From assembly GCF_026210795.1 (NCBI RefSeq), contig NC_089436.1, positions 1,736,001-1,800,000 on the forward strand: a stretch of DNA of 64,000 nt, given 5' to 3'. The translations under genes and the position numbers were made by a program. Of this stretch, positions 54,405-64,000 are shown piece after piece. The notes beneath the pieces were generated by a model. It was not told the origin of the DNA. It saw only the letters and a program-made list of their open reading frames with translations, and did no database searches. The stretch's first letter is position 1. Each line of letters opens with the position of its first letter. The stretch comes from Rhizophagus irregularis. Lineage: Eukaryota.

Positions 54405-55372
54405 GGGTTGGTCACCCTATCTCGGTGGTTAGTCACTGAGACTCTCATTAAGCCTGAGTATGGTGAGGTCGCAGGTTCGATTCCCATGCCACGGAAATAA
54501 AAAGAATTTTACTGCGAACGCTACAACCAATAGCGTGAAGGTACAGGGATTAGTGTAGTTGGACTGCATCATGGTGAATTAGTGTGTACGGTTAGGCCAC
54601 ACATTTCAACTAAGGGTCATGGTGTCCTTCTAACGTTCCCTATGAGGCCACAGGCGCGCAGTCCCCTGTCCTCGGCGTCACTACTATACCTGGGGACTTC
54701 CTGTTCAGGTGGTCACTCCACGATACCACTTGGGGTCAGTAATGGCTAGATGGTTGTCCTAGATGGTAAAGCTGAGGGGTGCAATGTCTTAGTGGTAGTT
54801 TGACCTTCTGTTAGGTCTTGGCAAGCCGTAGGTGTTCGTGCGCGCGAACAGGTAGCGTGGTTATGGGGTTCGATTACCATAGGTCCTGGTTGGTGATCCC
54901 TGGTGGTTGATACCCACGCGGGGTGATCCTGGACAGAAGCCTGCTACTTCCTGTCCGAGTGGTCACTACAAAGTATACCACTTGGGGTAAACAACTGTAC
55001 TATCGGCGCGTAATCAGATAGAAAGGCAAAAGGGCTTTCGAGTGAGACTTAGTACCTAAAATGGTGGTATGGAAGGGTACTAGATGGTTGATGTTACCTG
55101 TCGAAAGTCCTCCATGAAAGTAGATGCTCTCTAAAGGTCGTTAAATAAATTGAGTATCAGTATCGTACAATGGGTATAGGATGAGTAGGCGGCGTGTACA
55201 CAGCTTCGATCAGCCTATAATGGCCCGATGGGGGATGTCTTCTATAGTGGTGCTGTTACCTGAGGAATTAAGTACTCGGTATAATGGTTGCCCATTGAAG
55301 ATGATAGGACACAGACCCGAGATTAGTCTCATAAGAGGCAATGGGGTGGTCTAACGGCCGTAAACATTAGCG
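54405..55372 (+). mobile_element. tRNA-headed SINE-like element, 968 bp
   Basis: Perfect 17-bp TSD AGAAAAGGATAAAACTA (54388-54404 / 55373-55389). A-box-like TATCTCGGTGG and B box GGTTCGATTCCC at the 5' end. GC-rich, no ORF. Confidence 0.85.
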
Positions 55373-57406
55373 AGAAAAGGATAAAACTACCACCATTCGA
55401 TTCGTCTCAGTGAGACGATTCTAACAAGCTATGATACATCTTTGTACGATTATTAGATGCCAAGTTATTTAATATATTCTTTATATAACTGTGATTATAA
55501 ACGGGTTTTTTTAATATAAGATTTTTGAGGATAGGTGTGATAGTGACTATAGATAGATTGTGACTATATAGGATAGATTTTAATAATAAAGTGTTTTGAA
55601 CATTCAACTGGTGTGACTATATAGTAGAATGTGACTATAACGGGAGTGACTATAGAGGGAGTTGACTGTATTTTTTATTAAATATATGAATTTTCTGATA
55701 GTTGAAATTGTTAAATTTAAATAAATAATATACTATTATTTAATAAGCCAATTTTTATAAAACCATTTTTCTGATATATATTTTTCATTAGACAAATAAA
55801 TTTTTTGGCAAAATAGAATTATTAAACTTAAATTTTTTTGTTAAATTTATATAAATAAGATGCTAGTTAATAAGTTGGCTGCAATTCTTGATATGTAATT
55901 TTTGTTAGATTTATGATAAGTGAATTGGAGCAGTTAGACTTATTTTTTAAAATTTTGTTAAACTTATTGTTTCATTAGACTTATTTATGGAATAATAAAA
56001 ACAGTTAGATTATTTTTATTAAACTTAAGTAATAAATATAATATTTAATGAGTTAATTTATGTAAAATCAATTCCTGATATATATTAATTTGTTAAACTT
56101 AATAAATATAACCAAAAAGTTGATATAGAAATTAAAATTTTAGAGCTTTTAAAAGCTTTTTTCTAATATATAATAAAAATTGATATGCTTTTTAAAGTTG
56201 GAGAACTCATACAGTATTTGAAAATATAATATTAAAATTAAAAATCTAGAGTTAATAGAAGCTTTTTTAATATTAATTAAAAAATTAATATACTTTCTAA
56301 GCTTGAAAAGTCCACGCACACAATATTTCAATGGGGGTAAACCTTCAGTCCTTAAACCCCATTTTCATATTGTGTAGTAATATTAAATAATTATTTATAT
56401 GATGAATACATCTAAAGGAAAACTTATTTTTTTTGAATATTTATAAATAATTACAATCCAATAATAAGTAAGGATAAATGTTTACATAGAAACATATAGT
56501 TCATATATATGGACTAGGTAAATTCTTTACTATAAGGAGTGACAAATTCAACATATTCATAATTTATATAACAGTTCATTAAAAAGATAATTTAAAGTCA
56601 TTAAAACAAATCTGTCGTATAATCTTATTAATGTTAAATTGAAGAGTTTTTATATTTCCAATTAATAGAAGCAGAATCTACAACTAATAATGTGATATAC
56701 ATGAATATTTAATTTACTGTGCTATATGTAATATACTTTTATATAGCCTATTAAATAAGCAATTAGCAAAAAAATTATCTTTTTTTTATCATTGGGAAAA
56801 TATGTGTAAAAATACATATAAAAATAAATATAAAAGTTCAGGAGTTTTAGCTTATGATACATAATATATTATATGATATAAATCACGAAGACTCTTTTCA
56901 CTTTCAATCAGAAACAATAATTTTCGGTGATGATTAAGGATGAATTCTGCATGTGATAAAAGTCAATTCTGTAAAATTCTGTAATTTGGCCAGAATTATG
57001 CAAAGTCAGCCAACGATTCGCAAATTCTGGCCAAACTTAATGTTAGCCAGAATTACGATAATTGAAAAATTTGAAAATTATCAACAACACAGAAAATCAT
57101 AGAATACAGGATTTACCGGCTAAGATTTCAATAGTGAGAAATATTCTGGGTAAAGTAAAATAGTCATCAGTTATACTTATACGAGACATGTATGCAAGGT
57201 CAAAAATAAATGAATGAAATTAACCTTAGTAAAACCCATTTAGGACGAACAGCTTCAACTATAGTCTTGTTTAGGAACTTCTAGTATCGGCAATAATTTT
57301 TCTGAAGTATTGTATACTGCAGTTCATTAATTACCAATTTAATTATCATGATTTAAGATCCGATATAATTTTAATATAACATTTTTTTCTCATCAAAAAA
57401 GTACCG

Positions 57407-57968
57407 ATGGAAGGTCAACAACCTAACCAACAACAAGAAGGTCAACCTAACCCAGCTTTACAATAAACTTGGTACGCAAGACTGTGGGAAGTTTCGAAAA
57501 AAATTAATGGTAAAAAGTTTTCTGCGCCATTTCTTTGCTAGTCAACATATCAATAAATCTGTATATTTATTATATATATCTTTAGTTTTCGTTAGCACTC
57601 TCGTTAAAGCCATTCAACTTATTGGATCACTAATATCCTTTATATCCTTGTTAATTTACCCTATCTGAATAAACAACGTATGTACAGTAACCTTAAATGA
57701 TGCCACCTGTTTCACATAATAACATCTTGATTTTCTAGGAAATTACCGCAATAAACAAAGATATAAGAAAAAGTATGAATTCAGGGTTTGAAGAGATTGC
57801 CAGGATGAATAAATGTTTGAATGTCAACTCGATCTCGTCAATAAAGAGATTTCAGTTATGAACAAAATATATGAGGGCGAAATTGGTCTCATTGAAGGTA
57901 AACTTAATCTCATCAATAAAATCAATAAAGAGATTAAATTATTCGATGGTAAACATGTATTAATTTAG
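57407..57968 (+). pseudogene. Pseudogene of a small TM plus coiled-coil protein (3 exons)
   Basis: MEGQQPNQQQEGQPNPALQ*TWYARLWEVSKKIN / FVSTLVKAIQLIGSLISFISLLIYPI*INN / EITAINKDIRKS... with GT-AG introns, two in-frame stops and a frameshift. Confidence 0.55.
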
Positions 57969-59084
57969 AGGTAAGAATTTATGAGCCATATTGAATAATT
58001 TTGTGTCAATTACAGAATTTTATTGTAATTCTATTATAGTAACTGACTGACACCGGCCCTGAAAAAATGCATACAGCTCATAGTAAAAAATTTTTTTCAT
58101 CACCTGACTCCTATATATACAGTATATTTCTGGGTCAGTTGTATTATTAATCATTTTTTTAAAAAAAAAAGAATAAGGGAAAAAGAAAAAAAAAAGAAAA
58201 TCATGATTGTATTGATTGTATCTTTTTTTTAAAAAAAACTTTATTCTGCTAGTTATGCTTGTTGTACTTGTCATTCTTTACTGAAGATAAATGAAAAATT
58301 AACCTATACAAAAATGTAGGGCCAATGTTACTTGTTTTATTATGAAAGAATTAAGAACATTAAATAATGGCTTTAGGGAAATTTCTTCTTGCTAATAATG
58401 AAAAAAACACTTCAAATTTATGTAAAACAAATTTATAGCTTAATAATAATAAGTCTCTAATAACTTGCTAAGCTGTGTATTTATATTGGTTAAAAATCAT
58501 AAGTCCAATGTGGGCAAACTTTATTATTAATAGCAAATTAGAATTAGATGGAATATTACTTATAAAATGTACATATATTTAAAAAATTCTTTATTATATT
58601 TTTGTAAAGCCAGCTGGCTAAGAAAATAAATGTAAAAAATGGAATGTTTCTATTTAGTATTATTATCTAACCATCTGCTAATTTACTTATTTTGAATTAC
58701 TTAGTATTCTGAACAAGTTGATTTGAGTCAAGTTAAAGGTAAATTATACTTAACTCAGAAAAATCAGGTTGATTTAAGTTGAGTTAATATTATAATCAAC
58801 TTAAATCAACACAAAAAAAATTGATTCATAATCAACTTAAATTAGAAAAAGATTAATTCAAATTGATTAGAATCAAATGATTAGATTTGATTCTCTGATC
58901 ATTTTTTAATTATTTTTTTTATTTCTTTCAGGAATATCTTCTTTTGAGTCTTCAATAACATATACAGTTGATATCTTGATGACCTGTTTAAACTCCTAAT
59001 TAATTTAGATTTAGCACCTTTAGTATAAAACCCAATACCAATATTACATTTTATATAGAAAAAAAGATAAGTAATGCAAGAAGT

Positions 59085-59580
59085 ATAGAAGGTTAGTATA
59101 TTTTCATTTTTTTCATTTTTTTTTTAATTTTATTATTTTTTTTACTTATTTTATTCTTATTTTTTAGAAATAATCTCTTCTTTTAGAACTGTGATTTTGG
59201 TAAGTAAGCTACTAAGAATACGAAAAGTTAGTATATTTTTTTTTATTTTATTTTTTAATTTTATTATTTTTCTTTATTTACAATATTCTTATTTCTTTAG
59301 AAACGGTCTTTTCTTTTGAAATTGTGATTTTGGTAGGTGGAATACTAAAAATATAAAAAGTTAGTATTTTTTTTTCTTTTTTAATTTTATTATTATTTTT
59401 TTTATTTATAATATTTTATTTTTTTAAAAATGGTCTCTTCTTTTGGAACTGTAATTTTGGTAAATGGGTTACCAAAAATAAGAAAGGTTAGTATTTTTTT
59501 TTTCTTTTTTAATTTTATTATTGTTTTTTACTTACTTTATTTTTATTTTTTTAAGAATAATCTTTTCTTTTAGAATAATA
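59085..59580 (+). repeat. Four diverged ~130-bp tandem units inside a decayed hAT-like element
   Basis: GTTAGTAT recurs near 59092, 59227, 59360 and 59486. A hAT-like end ...AACTTGTCACCCCTA lies at 59936; the left end was not confirmed. Confidence 0.7.
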
Positions 59581-61339
59581 CTCAGATATAAAGATAAATA
59601 GAAAGTAGGTGTGTACAGGTCAGTAGATATATTTATTGTAATTAAAAAATTTTTTTTCTTTTTATAGGCAGATATCATACATAAAAAAATAATAAACATA
59701 TCATATGATCAGAAAATTAGTTTTTATTTAATGTTTAGCCTTATTAAAATCTCCTTCATAGTAAAAAATTAAAAGTAATTGTAGATTAAGCAAATTGACA
59801 CATTGAGTCAAGTATTAATTAGATTTAAATTTGACTTAACTTGTAACTTAATTTGTACTTGATTTATTATTATGTAATTAGAAAATTACTAACTTAAAAT
59901 CAATCTTTAAACTTGCAGTTAAACTTGTCACCCCTATAAAAAATTTTTGTTAAATACATTCCAATTTTTTTTCTGAATTTATTGAAAATACTCTAATTAT
60001 ATTGATAACATTTCAATTATATTTCAAGTTAAAATTTAGAAGTTTTAATATGTTAAAAAGTATTAGGAAATACTTTGAAAAAATTTTGAAGATATTCTGA
60101 TTTTGTATTCAAATTGAAAATATTCTGATTATATCCCGATTATTTAAAATATTTTTATTAATAATATATTTCAATAAGGCAACCTTCTCTATCAATAATA
60201 AATATTTGGCTTTAATACAATTTATCCCATATTTGACCTCAATTAGTAATAGTAATAATTAGCAATTAGGTTTCTAAATCAATTAATTTACACTTTTTTT
60301 TAACTTTTTAAACTTTCCTTCATTTTTCTTTCTCTTCCCTTCATCCTTTTTTTTGTCTTTTCCTTTTCTTTGTTCTTTTTTTACCATTCCCTTCTTCGTT
60401 TTTCTTTCTTGTACTTTTTGTTAAAAAAAAATCTTAAATGAAACTTTTTAAGCCATTTTTTTAGTCTCCTTGAATATGAAATTTTAATAAGTCTTTCAAT
60501 TTTTTTTTATTTTATTTCAATGAACTTTACTAGCAGTTTGTCTTTTTTCTTTTTAATTGTTCATTTAACAAATGTTTTATTAATATTTCATCTTTTCTCT
60601 TTTTTTAATATACTAGTCTTAAACATATAGAAATTTGGCATAAAATCATTAATCTTTTAAATGATAGGAAGGATTTTTGGACATATAAAAATCTGGTAAG
60701 CTATTTTCCTGTTCTTTTTATAATTCATTTATATTAACGAACGGTACTAACAGCCTTCATTTCTTTTTTTTTTTTAGTGGCTCTTTTGGGTCTCTGAAGT
60801 GGACATTATAAAGTATTTTAACAAAAAACATTTCATTTTTTTTTGTTCTTTGGAGTATCTAAGTTTTCGAAAAAAATCTGAAACTTTAATAAAAAACATA
60901 AGTATGACATGTTTATTTTTTTTTTGTAGTAAGTTTTGGCATTTTATTTTTGATCTATAAATAAAACCTAATAAGTTTTCTAAACTGAACCCCTTTAAAA
61001 AAATTAAAAAGCTTTTATCCAAGGTATCAATTCAGTAATCCACCTCTTAAAATGCAAAAATATTACACCATTCCTATAAAAAGTATTATACTTAAAATAT
61101 ATTTAAAATATATTTAATTTAAAAATTGCAAAATACTTATAATATATTTTTAATATATCTAAAATATACTTAAAATTATCTTAAAATATATGTCTAATAT
61201 ATTTATATATTTAAATTATAGTATATTATAAAACTATTATAAATATATTTTTTATATATTTAAAATATACTTAAAATATATTATGAAATATATTATAAGT
61301 ATATTTTAAGTATGTAAAAAATATATCTATAATATACTT

Positions 61340-61700
61340 AAATTTTAATTTAAGTATACACAGGTCAAAATCGAGGCTATCGGTTGCATATCGGGTACCA
61401 GATATATGTAGGATATGTATATGATATGTATACGATATGCAACAATTACACACGGCATATCGAATACTACTGATATCTGTAATGTTTATGCAGAAGTTCG
61501 GTGATATATATTATAGATATCGTGCACATATTACACATATATCGGGTAGTATAATATCGGGCACATATCTTATACATGTCGTATAAATATCATATAGATA
61601 TTGGTCAGTATAATATCGGACACATGTTATATAGATATCGGGTAAATATAGGATACATATCGTACATTTATCTGACAATACGATAGATAATTTTTTCATA
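61340..61700. repeat. ATATCG-rich simple repeat region, probable TE subterminal array
   Basis: Recurrent ATATCGG/GATATG/CATAT motifs, no coding signal. Confidence 0.5.
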
Positions 61701-62475
61701 TAATATTATAATTTAATCTGGGCAAAATTATAATTTCAGATTAATTTTTAATTTTAATTCGGGCTAAAGTAAAATTTTATTACACAAATTTTATTCTTAT
61801 TTTCAATTAAATTAAAAGTTTTATTGTTTTTTAATTAATAATAAAAAAGATTACAAAAAAATATATTATTCTATATAGCTATATAAATAATTAGATATCT
61901 GTTATCTACAAATGGCGCTTATTTTTATCTGTTTAATATTTAAAAGAAAGAAATAGTATTTTAGTAATAAAGATATTAGTATGAATAATGTATTCGTAAA
62001 AGAAAAAGAATAGTATTAAAAAAATGTTAGTAAAAAATGGTTAGTAATAGAAAATGTTATTAGTATGTTTAGTAGTAAAATATATTAGTAAAAACAAACG
62101 TTAGTAGGTTAGAAAAAAAGAAAATATAAATAAAAATTAGTAAAAAAATATACCTTTGTATTTATTTCACCTCTTTTTTTGAAGTTTGCTGTTTAAAGAG
62201 AAAATAGATTTTGTTAATTATTTTTCTTTAATAAATAAAAAAAATAAATATTTAAATTACCTTGATGTGCGTTACTCTCATATTCTTCTGAAGATATATG
62301 ATTAGATCTTCTTTTTCTTGAGTTTACTATATATAAACCAAATTAATTTTTGATTAAATTTTTTTAAAAAAAATGCTTAGATTACCTTGATATGTGTTGC
62401 TTCCAAATTCTTTTGATTTAGAGTTTTTTTTCTTGAATTCGCAGATATAGGATTACCACCTTGACGCACAGTATC

Positions 62476-62650
62476 AAAAAATGTCCGCCCTTGATGTGGA
62501 AGGTACTTAGGAACCACCTCATCTCCCGATTAATGAGACCCTAAGTCAGAGGAGGCTAGCCTATCGGGTACAAGTACCCTACAACTTCATCCCTAGGTAG
62601 TCAAAAATCTCAGGTGGTTCCAGACCACAGCGTACTACGTGATTAGTCTT
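62476..62650 (-). mobile_element. GC-rich fragment related to the 3' part of the SINE-like family
   Basis: Minus strand GGGATGAAGTTGTAGGGTACTTGTACCCGA and GTCTCATTAATCGGGAGATGAGGTGGTT are collinear with motifs at 55230-55350. No TSD found. Confidence 0.55.
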
Positions 62651-62929
62651 TGGATATGTTGGGATTTGATAAGTGAGAGAAAAAATACTCCAGCGCCAGC
62701 GTTTTGTAAAGAATAATAAAATAATATTTTTAAGTTAGTTCTTTCTTTATTAAATTTTTGAAAAAGTTTTGTTTCTTAAAATCGTAAAAAAATGCTGGTT
62801 GCTACAACTGACGGACAACGACAAATTGTCAGGCTACCCCCGGACAAAGTAATTGGAAGGCAGAAAATGTCATAAAATATCCAGCCCTATTTCATAACAT
62901 TTTCCTCCAGGCTAAAGCAAATATTACAA

Positions 62930-63091
62930 AAGAAATTGCAAATATATTTAACAAGCAATAGATACATGGCCGTTGAAAAATATATTCACACTTCATATTG
63001 TAATACCACAGTCTAACAAAGAAAGACAAGAAATTGCAAATATATTTAACAAGCAATAGATACATGGCCGTTGAAAAATATATTCACACTT
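62930..63091 (+). repeat. Exact 64-bp direct repeat (62930-62993 and 63028-63091)
   Basis: AAGAAATTGCAAATATATTTAACAAGCAATAGATACATGGCCGTTGAAAAATATATTCACACTT twice, within a stop-ridden reading frame. Confidence 0.9.
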
Positions 63092-64000
63092 ATACCACAA
63101 AGAAAGACTCAAACCACTATTGTAAAGAAAAATATGAAAAATACGCGTATATCCTATTTTCATACCTTGCTTAACAGTTCCACTATTTATTTAAAAGAGA
63201 ATTTTCTGTATGCGGGTAGGGGTACATTTTTTCCTTTTTTTATTCTTTTCTTTTGTATATAGTAGATGAGTATGTCTTACTATATTAAATATATAAACTA
63301 AAGTGCCAAAGTATTGTTAATATTGTAAAAGATAAGTAAAGTATACTTGGATAAAAGAGAAAAGAAGAGACGAACCGTAAAGCGTTAATAAAAGATAAGT
63401 AAGAAGAGAAAAGTGTATTTTTGAAAATAAACAAAAAAAATCGCGCATTAATTTTAGATATCACATGTAATCAAAGCGATTTTAATTGGTTATTAATATA
63501 CATGCATAAATGTCATGTGATTTTAGTGACGAAACTGTAAACCTGCGTAATATTACGGTTAAAATATTTTGAAAATTTACGAGACTGTAAACCTGCGTAA
63601 TATTATTACTATTTGATCGTTAAAGCTGCGTATGCAGTAGAACGTATACAAGGGCATGCGATACTATTGAATAATCAAAAATAATATTAACACCTTTTCT
63701 TTTAAGTTTGGGAAAGCAGATTTTTTTATTATTTACAATTTTTATGTTAAAAATTAAAGTAAATTCTAATTTTTATTATAACTTAATAAAAAATACACAT
63801 TTGATACTTGTTCGCTACTATTTTACTATAAAATAGTATCCAGGCTGTACGGCATGAACGTCAGTATCAGTTACAGCCCAAAAAAACGTAAGTCTCCAGC
63901 CGATATTTGGTACGGACTGGGCCTAGCTATTCACTTAATAAATAAAAAAATAAAAATAATTATCTTCTTCTACGATACGTAGGTAAGTTTCTCCTTCTCC

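Larger units (their letters stand above)
53418..55668. mobile_element. Non-autonomous Tc1/mariner (pogo-like) element carrying a 147-bp array and a nested SINE-like insert
   Basis: TIR CAGTCAACTCTCTTTATAGTCAC / CAGTCAACTCCCTCTATAGTCAC, TA TSD, subterminal GTGACTATA repeats. Confidence 0.9.

Noticed and set aside
54405..54495. Functional tRNA gene
   Set aside because: B box is present but there is no proper acceptor stem or cloverleaf; it lies within a TSD-flanked insert.
54405..55372. Hammerhead or HDV-like ribozyme in the SINE-like elements
   Set aside because: CTGAGGA at ~55260 lacks a suitably placed GAAA, and I could not build an HDV P1/P3/P1.1 pseudoknot by eye here or in 34035-34371. 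Not excluded computationally.
63834..63925. Tiny hAT MITE
   Set aside because: Weak TIR similarity and no matching 8-bp TSD.

Overview
Very AT-rich, intron-containing eukaryotic DNA that looks like an arbuscular-mycorrhizal (Glomeromycotina-type) fungal genome. This is inferred from the gene families (BTB-BACK-TLDc, Zn2Cys6, Crinkler-like relics, FAR1/MULE relics) and the short GT-AG introns. Two gene islands (11.2-20 kb; 24.3-32.8 kb) and a Zn2Cys6 transcription factor (43.2-46.5 kb) hold nine plausible protein genes and one tRNA-Arg(CCT). They are separated by decayed transposon fields: two MULE transposase relics with nested insertions, about a dozen MITEs with readable TIRs and TSDs, a LINE 3' end and several tandem arrays. 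The most unusual structures are (i) a 968-bp GC-rich, apparently dimeric tRNA-headed SINE-like element with a perfect 17-bp TSD and two relatives in the window sharing a core motif; (ii) a ~110-bp palindromic cassette with fixed arm spacing that is carried by several unrelated TIR-element types and amplified as a 147-bp tandem array; and (iii) RIP-like C>T/G>A decay at non-CpG sites. Most short ORFs in the supplied track are spurious, and real genes are split across several entries by introns. All calls are by eye, without database searches.
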